DNA of 64,000 nt, from assembly GCA_964187785.1 (NCBI GenBank), contig OZ076411.1, forward strand, positions 37,386,001-37,450,000, written 5' to 3'. The notes under the pieces were generated by a model, which saw only the letters and a program-made list of their open reading frames with translations, was not told the origin of the DNA and did not search any database. Below, one piece after another: positions 49,201 through 60,099 of this stretch (position 1 is its first letter; every line of letters starts with the position of its first letter). The translations under genes and the position numbers were made by a program. The DNA comes from Amphiscolops sp. MND2022. Lineage: Eukaryota.

Positions 49201-51068
49201 TTCGCGAGAGGATTGAAACCATCCGTCATCAGATCACACCCATCATCACAGGGCAGCATGACGAGATGACGTTCACCCGATTCAGGCGAAAGCTTCATGA
49301 CAACGTGGTAAACCAGGTATGCCCCAATGGGGAGTTTCAAATCATCCAGGACCAAGCCGTAAACCTTGACATCCAACGCATGATTAGAATTTTGAACCAA
49401 AAGGAAACCCTTCCTAATCATGTGAACTTTGAAAGTCAGTTTTTCCAAAAACTAGTTAAAAACAAGAAAAGACTTGAAGTAGTGAACAACGTTTTGTACA
49501 GGAACTTTTTCGATGGTACAGGTAAAATTAAGTGTAAACAAATTGTCACCCCCTCTGAAACCATTCGGAAAATCATTCAATCCCTGCATGATGACCCTCT
49601 GCAAGGTCACCCTGGCTGTAACAAAATGCTCCACGAACTGCGTAAAAGGTACTACTCACCAAACCTCTCTGAACTGGTACTGCAATACGTCTCGAACTGC
49701 CAGGACTGCATCCGCTCAAAACCAATCCGGAAAGCTGAAATCACACCACCACTCCAACAAATATACGACCCCTGCAACGGACCAGAAGACATACTAGAAA
49801 TCGATTTAGTCGGTGAACTCCCACCTTCCAACGGATTCACACACATCCTCACTGCATGCGACTACTTTTCTAGGTACCTCTTCGCAATACCAATCCGTAA
49901 ACCGGACACGAAGTCGGTCGTCGAAGCACTCATGCAAATCTTCACGCAGCACTCGTATGTACCCAAAACAATCTTAACTGACAAAGGAACGACATTCACA
50001 TCTCAACTACTCACCGCTCTGATGGAGTCTGCCGGTATAAAAATCGAACACGCCTCTGTAAAGCACGCACAAACGATTGGGATGGTTGAACGTTCACACC
50101 AAAAACTAAAACAAATTCTCAAAATCAACGTCTCAGCCGATTCACCACAATGGCACAAATACGTAAACATGGCCGTGATGGCCCATAACACAACCTACCA
50201 CCAGGCTATCCGATGCACACCCACTGAAGTTTTCCACGGACGCATTCCGTTCAATGCTCTTGACGTCAAATTTGGCCATCCATTAACTGAACAACGCAAC
50301 ACCACTGACGTCACTGGAATACTAGATAACATGAACAAAAAATTCCAACAAACACATGACAACATAATCGAAGCCTTCCACAAATACAAGAATTACTACG
50401 ACCGAAAAGCGCAAGCTTCACCTCTGAAAGTAAATGATTTCACCTTTCTGCTAAACAAAAGACTGTCTCAACAATCTGACAAAATTCCTTTCAAGGAATT
50501 CAAGTGGGAAGGCCCGTACAAAGTGGTAAAAGTCTTGTCCAATTCAAATTACATTATACGTAAGATTGGAACTCTTCGCACCCAATGCGTCCACAGAATG
50601 AGGCTCCGCCCATTTACACCAAACGCACCAATTGAAGACATTCAAGACGATACATCACAATACTATGAGGATCCTGACGCCCTCAACGAGCAGGAGTTGT
50701 TCGACAACCACCTACCCGATCACGTCCACGAACAACCACAACAAGCAATACCTGAACAATCGGACTTCGAAGAACTACATGCTGACCATGGAATGATATA
50801 CTATGAACGCCATAGCCTAGAACCTGATCAAAACATTTCCATACCTGAAAGCCGAGCTGAAACACAAGAACCACAACCGGATAATGTTAGCATGAACAAT
50901 TCCGAACGCCAAACAAACGACTGCCCTCCAGCGACATCGCGAAACACCATGTCTCGATACGGGCTCAGACACAACCCAAAACCTACCACGTACCCCGATT
51001 TCCTAATGCACGAATTACATGGAACGCCTTCGCTTCAACAGCTGCTTCTGAAAAACAGAAACCTATAA
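46257..51068 (+). CDS. pol: Pol polyprotein (protease, RT, RNase H, integrase), in the -1 frame relative to gag
   Basis: Frame open from 46257 (ORF track start 46311). Motifs: LLDTGA protease; KLDCSQAY..YVDD RT; CDAS..YAKEFLA..TDNKAL RNase H; HDDPLQGH..CQDC, IDLVG, TDKG, VERSHQ integrase; GPY motif. Confidence 0.96.
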   Translation, partial: PAKKLLKPRHSTDHYNNKVRNTNNYYYTKNYKKWTTDLRQDQKPMTSITHETTNNEANSPSEPTDVKLQPTEDGQHSNLTTTTDCTKKTTNRKKDVAIQVLTATLQLNKKDKMLYVPLQFRAYENHGLLDTGAIRSAMSEDELRRILSAHPAALLEEYPAPDFKVQIANGSIVPVRKQVLLRFFIGGKVFEETFMILPTMGNILIGMSFFKKYSVTLDLANNVVKFPDITLQLKPERGRYKVQMLELRTSQKIVVQPDHQIMVPVIAEKDLGTIQGTVETFPAFERKTQLLVSPALTQITEMKSHVQITNLTCHTITLNPNTTVATFRIMTPNQAKNLQPMSNEQLTLITKYPDEADNVLNQLFQEPGTETNRRWYPTPETCDDPSKLNRIERRIYDEITKLREEEKLDPTADDKQRQEFLASFKWENSILDEHERQQIENLLVKYNNVFARHRLDIGINTDFKIKLTPKHDEPVYAQSLPTPTNLKDDLLVELALMQEYGIITTLPYSKYSSPIFAQRKPNGKLRILVDLRRINHLLKNDYNQHNHPVTTIADAAQHMAGKKYFCKLDCSQAYHCLQMADEQSIQLLAFNFGSRTFAYLRLAQGLNRSLSAFNSTVREYVDALVKADKCAQYVDDIGIAAHTVDELLSNIEAVFQQIQKAGLKLSMSKCAFGHPQIDFLGRSITSKGVAPLEDKIDNFLKKIKLPTSVKSLQRYIGFVQFYRQYIPRLAEKLTPLYKLLQKDVKFQLTQQQKDIIFEINENLAKAAKLSLRLPLPDKQLVIMCDASEHAAGYVLLIEDYTETNDGPMKTYAPVSFGSQRFTEGQMSLTMYAKEFLAMHFAFDEFAHILWGVKKPTIVMTDNKALTRFFQSKRIPPKLWNYCDQTLQFEFVLAHVPGTENPAADYLSRLDIRPEERIHLKLNDEIPVFHVEIDLASRTPKQDEEEEEYIPDDQQITTTKQNEAINAILDQVPICSDESSGQFRERIETIRHQITPIITGQHDEMTFTRFRRKLHDNVVNQVCPNGEFQIIQDQAVNLDIQRMIRILNQKETLPNHVNFESQFFQKLVKNKKRLEVVNNVLYRNFFDGTGKIKCKQIVTPSETIRKIIQSLHDDPLQGHPGCNKMLHELRKRYYSPNLSELVLQYVSNCQDCIRSKPIRKAEITPPLQQIYDPCNGPEDILEIDLVGELPPSNGFTHILTACDYFSRYLFAIPIRKPDTKSVVEALMQIFTQHSYVPKTILTDKGTTFTSQLLTALMESAGIKIEHASVKHAQTIGMVERSHQKLKQILKINVSADSPQWHKYVNMAVMAHNTTYHQAIRCTPTEVFHGRIPFNALDVKFGHPLTEQRNTTDVTGILDNMNKKFQQTHDNIIEAFHKYKNYYDRKAQASPLKVNDFTFLLNKRLSQQSDKIPFKEFKWEGPYKVVKVLSNSNYIIRKIGTLRTQCVHRMRLRPFTPNAPIEDIQDDTSQYYEDPDALNEQELFDNHLPDHVHEQPQQAIPEQSDFEELHADHGMIYYERHSLEPDQNISIPESRAETQEPQPDNVSMNNSERQTNDCPPATSRNTMSRYGLRHNPKPTTYPDFLMHELHGTPSLQQLLLKNRNL
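46263..46269 (+). promoter_or_regulatory. -1 ribosomal frameshift slippery heptamer A_AAA_AAC
   Basis: Correctly phased X_XXY_YYZ in the gag frame, two codons before the gag TAA and inside the gag/pol overlap. Confidence 0.75.
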
Positions 51069-52951
51069 AAACACCCACCCATAATCACACTTATTAAACC
51101 AATGACTGCTAACAACAGTCACCAACAGCCTTTCTATCTGACCGTAAAGGTAATTGTTTTACAATTACACCCTAGTACACCAAGTATCCAGCAAACAATA
51201 GTGAAAGCTCTGAACAACCTAGCAAACACTTCAATAAACGACCGTTCACTTCCGTCGTCGCTGTGTAAACTATCTAATCTATCAGCACCAATTGTTAGCG
51301 AAACAACCAAATAGTAAAGTAACGACTGCACAAGCCTATCATTCCAACACTCGCGGTCCGGAAGTACATGTAACGCGCAAAAGTGTGAACGATAATTTAT
51401 TCAATTCGCACCAAATTTACTACATCCACAACCGGAACTAAAGCAATTTGCTTAGCAAAATCTTGATGCATAACTAACGAAACGTGAACGAAAACAACGT
51501 TCCCTACAAACGCAACAAACTAACAATGATGATCTGCTGCCTGGCAAACGCTAGGACAACATAACCAATACCCCACCTATCTCGCTTTAGACTCATAGTT
51601 CTGGCTGTGTGGGTGCGTCGTCAAAAGCGTGCTTGTGTGGTTGGTCATACATACAGATGAAGGTTGCTCTTTAGCAACTGGATTCAGTGTTAGTTTTGTA
51701 TAAGTGGTTCCGACGGGAATTCACCTTTCCCAATGAACTGAACATTTAAACTGAAAACTAATCACCAGAAACTAACAGAACGCCGGTACGAACAAGAACT
51801 TACCAACTCCCGAAAACAATGATCGCCCGGCCCCTTACACGTAACCTAGGATGCGAAGGCTTTGCCTCTTTAGGGAAAAGAGTAAGGAGTACGCGGCCCC
51901 AAAAAGCTACTTAACGAGGAAACCTAAACATGTCCATCCTTCCCAGCCTAACAACTTGGTACCACTGCAGTTAACATAACGTAAGAACTCGCGATCTTGA
52001 CGACACACATCACGTGTGATGACGTCCCAGGACACACATCAACGATGATGACGTCGCAAACATAGACCGCTGCATGTAATAAATCGAAACACCAACATAC
52101 ATGTAAAGTAGTCCCTAGAACTTATAACACGTAACACTTACATGCATACCTAATAAGTCATGTATCAAGCCAAGGATCCACCCCTTGGGAATTCAGCCTT
52201 GGAAATGAGCGAGCTGCTCAGTCACGTACCTCGCGGCGCGGTGCTAAGGACCGAAAGCCACAGTCATCCTGTCTCGTTACCATTCTCGAGCATTCACGAA
52301 CAACGAAGAGGAGGACTTGACTTTCGAGTACCATGCACAGCACAGCTTGGCGCGTGAACAATTTTTATGTCGGTGGTTACCGCGGTGACCACCATAACCA
52401 TCATGAACTTGCTGGAAAAATTCACTTAAGACGACGCAACAAATAGAGCGAAACACCGCATGAAACTATAGTCAAGGTATGGGTAACCCCATACAACCAC
52501 CCAAGAACGATAGAGGTAGTTTAGCATCATGGACACATAGATACTCCAAAAACACGCGAAGAAGAAACCGTTTAAAACAACCCTAGATTTCACGCACTAC
52601 AGAAAAACAAATCGTTCCTAGACTACATTACACCAACGAAGAAAAAATGACGAGTACATGCAGTCAGACTGAACACTACAACATGCAAAAATTCATTTTT
52701 TTTCCCTACATGCAACAAACCGCTAATAACGCCCTAACTGCCCAGTACTACAGAAAAACAGAGAAAAGTTTTGGACGGCAGAAACCATCTAACTAAATTA
52801 CTACATCATGTAAGACCAACTCAGGCCATAATAAAACACAGCATAACATCAAAACACAATATCAATATGTAATCAACATGTAAAAAGTTCTGCAAACAAA
52901 TTAACAAGCCAAGTAGCAAAATCTGATTACTGCGACAAACCTGGAAGATAA

Positions 52952-55900
52952 CTAATACTCTTTGGAACGACTACCATCTTCCTCATCACTGCTCTCCTCT
53001 AACGTGAAAGAACGCCCGCCAGCCGACTCAGGTTCAGTTTCAACAGTAGCTAATGTACGTTTTCCTTTCTTGCCTGGTTTCCCTCCCGTTCTCTGACCAC
53101 GATTGCTTCCAGACGTCTTACAGGCAGATTTACGTTTTGAAGCTGAAGTACTCGGGCCCTCTGTTGGTAACACGACTTCAGCCTGCAACTTAGGCGCTTG
53201 CGACACAGAAAGCCTTGCTCGCCCAGGACTCCGATGAAGAGCAATTGGGCTCGAATCCATTGTGCGCAACTGATCACACACTATAGACCTATAATTGTCG
53301 ACAACAGGACGAGCTGGGAGACCACCAGTCGATTCCAGAACACCCAGGCAGCGATCCAGTAGTTCATCAATACCCCTCTTGACCAGCTGGTCCCAGGGAA
53401 TAGCCCTTGCTACATCGGACAGACGAGAAACCTGCATGTCAGTATTATTGCAGTGCCTGACAAATCCAATCATAGAGCGGCGTGAATGCCCACTAAACCC
53501 ACTTGACATCCAGCTCCGAACTATGTGAAGACTGGACAACATGATGCCATCACTAAGAGCAGTGTTTCCCACATCCTGGAAATTGGCGACATATGGGTCA
53601 TGAAGCATCCCCACAAACAGAATCTCCATTATGCCCTGGAATTCCTGGCACCGGTCCCACGAAGGGTATGACAACCACAAGGACACGGCGTCGTCAATGA
53701 CCGGCACCCCCGAGACACTGGACTCCCAACGGCGCTGAAAATAGGTGACCACTTCCCGATATTGTTGAATGACGATGGCCCCCTGGTCTCCACTGCAAAG
53801 ATCACCGAAGCTTAACACCGAGAGCGTACCCACGAGTATGTCCGTCAATCGATCCATGGACATCAGCTGAATCGCATGAGGATCCAACGGCAATAAGCTC
53901 AGATGCTTCACCCACCCCTGATCATAGTCGCAGATGCACATTTCACAGATAGCCCTCAGGAAATTTTGTACTTCTTTGTAGAAGAACGACTTTTGACTGA
54001 CAACGTCGAACCGGAAGTACTGACCAAACAACACTTCAAATCGGGCTTTGTTCACTGGCTCACTCTCTCCCAGTCGCATCTTCAGTACGGCAAGTACCTC
54101 GAAATCGGGTGGTATTGTTGCAGACTCGACCACTAGAGACAATAACTCCCGAAGGAAAGCAGCCAGCTCACGCTCAAACCATAGGTTCCGATCCCGCCCA
54201 GCAGAACACAAACGGGGACACTTGGCAACAACTGAAACATACAGATGATCCCTGACCAACATGTTGAAACACTCAACAACACACCCTACCAGCCCGAACG
54301 TCCTAACTCCCTCACAATCCACTCATCAACCACATAGCAGAAAGGAAAAATAACCATAGAGTGGATGTACTCGGACACAGAAATAAGCACAGCATTTATA
54401 CTGACCTGTCTCAGCGAGAAACTTCAACACTGCGAACCGCGGCCTGGACATGGCATCACTGAAGACCTGCGTCTCCATACTTGCAATATTGCGGGTCTCA
54501 GAAACTGTCTGCGAACGGTGACCACCAAAGTATGCCCCGAGATCGTCCCACCGATCCACAATTTCCGTGCACAGAACTGCTAACTCCCGGAAACATGCAG
54601 CACCACCACGAACGAACTAAAACAAAACAGCATAAAATTATATACAGTGCATGACTAAAAGCCTCCACACCCAAGCGTACCAGTCATCACAAACGAGGAA
54701 AACACATACACACCAGACCAACCCACCCCCAACCAGAATGACTAAATACTGCTTGAATTACCTCTCGAAGTCTGGGCATATTGTCGAAGGATGACTCTCC
54801 GATGACTGCAGAAAGCCGGAACCGAAAATATTCCAAAACGCAGAAGGGTTCAAGTCCACTCAAGTGCTGCAGGAAAGTACGGCGAAGCAAGTCCCTCAAC
54901 CAGACCACATCCAGACGACGAGTCACTACAGGCATGATCGGATGTGCAATGCTCGCCAATGCCCGCCCAAGACGCAGATTCTCGCCTACGCTAATCGCAC
55001 ATAAACCAGCATGCGACTCCACACAAGCCAGAACGGAGACAAGAATCCTCAGCAGGGTTTGTTCCCACTCAGCGCCACCAGGAATCGCAACCAGAACCAC
55101 AACCTTGATAGTCACAGAGGCGAAGATGTGACAGTCCACACGCTTCAATGGCCCATCAGTGCGGACATGTAAGCCAAACCGCACCCCAGAAGAGAGAAGA
55201 TCACTGACTTTCTCGACAACGAACGGATAGAGACCGTATAACACGAGACTCTGCAACAAAACGAAAACCATGTCACTCACCACATAGTAAAGCATATTTT
55301 GTTCAAAATAAGACAAACCCATTATCCAACTACGTACAAACACCACGAGACACAGGCATACCAGTAGCAACTTCAAACAAAAAAAAAAAAGACAAAATGA
55401 TAAAAAAGGTATTACCTGACATTTCGGGTAAGATAGCGCCCTCTCAGCGAACACCAGCTCTCCCCGCATACTGCTGACCCATGACTCCATGGCTCGGACC
55501 ACACTTGGAAACGTTTGAAGCTCGACGAAATTGCTTATGAAACAACAGAGCCAGAGGTACGAAGCACTAGACTCCGATAACTCGGGCTTAGCTCCTGCAG
55601 CCTCCTCCTCGCGCTCTATCGCAATTCTCTCCTCCACTGTCAGTTTCACATCAGATTCTAGGATGACAGGCGGCTCTGATACTCTCGCGGCGCGAATCCT
55701 CCTATCCTCCTCCAAGGACACAGGCCTGCAGGACTTGTCCAACAAAGGCATATTGGACATGATCCGAAAACGCTGCTCAAGCCGGGTGTGCTCACGTCCC
55801 TTCCAATGGTCCCACAAGTTGTGCAGACCACGTCCGGCAATACTGAGATCGACGCGGCACAGACGACATCTTGCATAACCATCGACCACCCGTTTGTTCC

Positions 55901-57216
55901 GGGGGAAACCAACGAAGGTCCCCACTACCCCAGACACAAAAAACGAAGGCTTGAGAGTCTTAACAGCACGCTTCCGACCTGCTAAAACACACAACACCAC
56001 ATGTAAAACTTCAAAAAAAAAAAAAAAACCTGCGTTTGTCACCAACTATTAGTAGTATGTTGTATATAATTAGTCCTACCCTACCACTAAAACCCCCCAC
56101 ATGATCTTTTGAGAGTTCTTACCAGGCTTTGATGTGGAGGCAACAGCACACGATGTCCCCCCAGAAGGCACAACACTTCTCTCACCAAACTCAGAGGGAA
56201 CACCCGACTCTGATGGCGCACGACGATCTTCTCCACCAAAGAGGCTTCCGGCCACAGAACGTGGGAGAGATGGCACATCATCACTCCGGGAAGCAACGGG
56301 AGCGTGACGCAGATCTTGTATTGCCTCTTTCAGCTTACTTAAGAACTCCTCCACAGCAAGGGCACCCACTGTCCCCAGTTGGCCGAGGCGGGACTCTACT
56401 GCAGCTTTCACCCAATGCTGTATCTCTTTCTCCACACGACGGAACAATTCAGCGAATTGCCCCTCGACGACCTCAGCTCTGATGTTTGCATCTGCAAAGT
56501 TATCCACAACTCACAGAACTTACCTTGGACTCAATGCCTGAAGACCCCTATCATCAATTTATTATAGAACAGCAAACCACACACGGCGTGCAATTGGTAC
56601 TTTGGACAAAAGCCCCCCCCCCTACGAATAACCTAGATTATAATGCTAACAACAAATAACTGGGTAACAGCTAATAGCCTTTGATACCAGAAAAATGTGA
56701 ATAAACCTACCCATATGAGATGACAGAAAGGCATCTAGACGATGAAGGATGGACGCCGAATCTATTCCTGGACTCCCAACAGTCCCAGCAGCAACCGAAG
56801 CACGATACCGACGTAAACAGTCGGTCACGTCTGACATGTTGACATCGGCTACAAGAACGCAATACCCTTAGTTACAAGATTATGACCAAACACTCCCTAA
56901 CACTACAGGCACTATCTTGGGCAGACGACAAACTGATGATATTACCGCTTACTCACACTAAAAGCAAAATACGAGAGCCACACTTACCGAATTCCTGGGA
57001 CAAGACGACGTCCAATAAATCGCCCAAACCAGCAATGTTTAATGATGATACGCGAGTTGCAAACTGGCAACATTGACTTGTCTCCAACATAAGATCGGGC
57101 AAATTCAGCCCGCCTCCACCTAGCTCAGCCCCCTGCATGGCCATCTGATCTTCAACTTCAGTAACCATCTCCTCCAATTCGGGCCCGAACGACTGATTTG
57201 CCTCATCTTCCAACAT
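52952..57216 (-). CDS. Antisense 7-exon accessory gene, about 1111 aa; zinc finger plus catalytically degenerate hAT-type transposase fold
   Basis: Exons 57216-56988, 56848-56711, 56491-56123, 55981-55416, 55250-54762, 54616-54406, 54285-52952 total 3336 nt = 1112 codons with no internal stop. Donors GTAAGT, GTAGGT, GTAAGA, GTAATA, GTAATT, GTCAGT; all acceptors YAG; introns 120-219 nt. The last acceptor (54286) is the least certain. Confidence 0.8.
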
Positions 57217-58028
57217 GCTGGCCCACAATATAATTAAACTCCAACGTTCCAAGGGAATAATAACAGGCACACAGGACACGACTGCAAAAGCTCATTCTTC
57301 CATTTCTTGTTGTTATAGACTGATCACCTATCTCAATACACAATGGATACCCAACCTCCCTATCAAACAGTTTTACCCGCGTACCACTGGATATTCAAGG
57401 AACCATATTTTGGATCTACCTCCGTCAAATTTCAAATGCTATTCACACGAAGCAGAAAAAAAGCAGTCGTGGTTCCTCACCAAAAAAGCCTAGTATCCTT
57501 CCCCATTCCCTCTTCATAAAAGTACAATCAACACCCGACAAAATACCAGACTTCCTGGGAAAAACCCATAGATAGCAATATTGATATTATTGTGGAAGAA
57601 TGAGCCAAACCAACGGTTGCCAAACGAAGGTGAATGATTTCAAGTTTGAACAGGCTCAAATTCTCTCCAAATATAACAACAATACTCAACTGACTTTCAC
57701 TATGGTAACGCAACAAATCAATCAACTGCCGATGATCGATGAAAAGTTGCTTAAACAAACATTCCACTATATGCGCACCACACGGATGACGTGGCTGACC
57801 GACAGTTACTATAAATAAACTCCAACTTCCGACTGCATATTATTTGCCTGCCTCGACTTGGCCATTCACGCTTCCGAATAGCTCTCAACCGCTTCATTTG
57901 CAACCCACGCGTTTTCCATCTACCTTGCATTGCCACTTCAGCCGCTGTTCAATTCTCAACTTAACCACCTGCTACCACTCACCTCAGTCATTCACCTTTC
58001 CTACTACCCCTACAGCTCACTCTCTCTC

Positions 58029-58042
58029 AAAAAGGGGGGGAA
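58029..58042 (+). promoter_or_regulatory. Polypurine tract
   Basis: AAAAAGGGGGGGAA immediately before the 3' LTR. Confidence 0.9.
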
Positions 58043-59143
58043 TGTCATGCCCGCCAAGCATGAAGAAATGAAATAAACTCTAAAACATTAGTTCTTACAT
58101 CAAACTCCCTAAAATACAGATCATCATGTAAATACATTGCAGTAATTTATTAGCTAAATATCACAGTTGGCTATACGACGACTGAAACTAGCAGTCATCA
58201 ATACCAAATTTCGTTTATGTTATGGTGCATCGTTTAAAAGCTAAAACTGAAATATTCAATCATTTCCATATTTACGACTGAAACAATCAGTCATCATCCA
58301 CAGTGATAGTGCATCGTTTAACCGTTCTTTATCCATTTTTTATATTACATGTAAAGTATTACCAGAATATTCAATCATTTCGTTCATTCATATTAGCAAT
58401 TTGTACAATGTCCTGCAGTAATTATCCTCCAAACGATAATCGAATCAGTCACCATGATGATAAGAACACGCGGTAGTGAAGCCTCAGTTTAAAGAGCAAT
58501 TGAGACAATTAAGTGCTAAAATGACTGGTGCTTGCGGTCATACTAAATCAAACACGAACAATTAAACGCCGATCATCACCCGTCATGACTGGAACCACCA
58601 GTCGTCAAGTGCAATTAAATAGTAATTAGCAAGTCGAATGTTATTGGCTGAAAGAGAAAAGGTGCTAACACACCTTGATAGTGACACGGTCGGGTAAAAC
58701 CGAACTCATTAACGAATTGTGACCATTGATATAACCGGTTGCTTACTACCTTGCTTACCAGTCATCAATAGTTGTTATAACATTAAAATACTTCAATTCA
58801 ACTTAAAACTTCAGACTTTTCATGGTAATCACCAGATCTCAAAGTAGTCGAAATAGACAGATTGATACTGAGAACATGGATAGAACTAGTGATAATGAAA
58901 GTGAAACCAGCTTCCCTGAACTCTTGTCTAGAGAACAAATGGTAGACCTTGACTCTGATGACGTTTTAACTAGACGTCAAAATAGTAGTAATTACGACAT
59001 TGACCGAAGATTTAACGAGATAAATAGGCAAATCGGAGACCTTACAAACATAGTCCTCACGCTAACCAACCAGTTTGCCTCCGTTAATGGAGAAGGGAAT
59101 AGACTGAATCCAGTAACTACTAGTACTGACAGTCGTTCCGACA
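58043..59143 (+). repeat. 3' LTR (1101 bp)
   Basis: Copy of 43958-45058, followed by TSD gcatc. Confidence 0.96.
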
Positions 59144-60099
59144 GCATCCTAGAAGACGGGGCCTTTCTCAGGAACCGCATCCTGCGGAGGCAATATCGGA
59201 CTGGTTTCCGTGCTAGTTCCTCCCCATTGTTATCTGCAAGCGTCCGACGCTTGTCGTTACGATTAGTTACTTTTTTGTAAAAACTTCGATTTCAAATGAT
59301 GGTTGAGCAGTAGGACAATGATATTGCAACGGAGGGCAATTGAGTATCTTTTCGAACGCAGGTGCGAGTGAAACGTTCGAGCTAAGACTTCGATTGTTGA
59401 TTGAAAATTATTCAATGGAATTATAGTTTTTTATTCGGCGAGGTTTGTTCGTTTTTCACAGACTATATCGTGAATGTTCGAAAACGCAAAAGACAAAATT
59501 TTTAAAACAAGAATCGAAGTCCGACTTAGTATGAAACATCCGAGTTTCAAATTTAGAGAATCAGAAACTTCCAGTTAAACTTTCTTGTCAATAGCTTTTT
59601 TGAAAATATCATCGAATGTTCTTTTCAATGTACATTCCTGAAGTACTAGGCAGAGTACTAGGCAGAGTCCATAGTGAATTTCATTTAAATATCCAGTTCC
59701 TCATTAATGTAAATGTACCAGTGAAGACTCCAAGCCCGGAATAACAGAGACATGCTCCTCTTTTTTTCAATGCAAATTGAATATCAGGATACTCGAACCT
59801 CATTTTATTGTCCATGAGAACACCTGAACAATTTTCCAACTTGTTGCAGGTCAAAAGTTAGATTCGGACTGATGCAATTCAGAAAGGTCCTTAGTTCTGT
59901 TTCTTTTAGCAATTACACTCCGATCATTCTGGACTATTTGGAGGGAAACGTTTATCAAAATTTTTTATAGGAATAATTTTTATACCCAGCAAACAGGAAT
60001 GGCCCAATGTTCCAGCATCATAGTTGAAAATCATTCTTGTAGGTAAAGAACAGAAGTAATCTGTGTATATAACCTTGTGACACTTTAAACTTTCACTTT

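Larger units (their letters stand above)
43958..59143 (+). mobile_element. Young full-length Ty3/gypsy LTR retrotransposon, 15,186 bp, TSD GCATC, with an antisense accessory gene
   Basis: 1101-bp LTRs TG..CA at 43958-45058 and 58043-59143, with no differences seen by eye. TSD gcatc at 43953-43957 and 59144-59148. PBS at 45059, PPT at 58029-58042. Intact gag and pol in PR-RT-RH-IN order. Confidence 0.97.

Noticed and set aside
45339-50874. Numerous antisense and alternate-frame ORFs over gag/pol
   Set aside because: Expected shadows of long A/C-biased coding sequence; no independent motifs.
54687-56045. 452-aa single ORF with apparent hydrophobic/TM segments
   Set aside because: The F/L/V-rich stretches are T-rich intron sequence read in frame (165-nt intron at 55251-55415 and intronic ends). 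The ORF is part of the spliced gene and is not an env-like membrane protein.
58822-59280. Independent 152-aa gene
   Set aside because: It is the LTR-encoded gag N-terminus running into flanking DNA.
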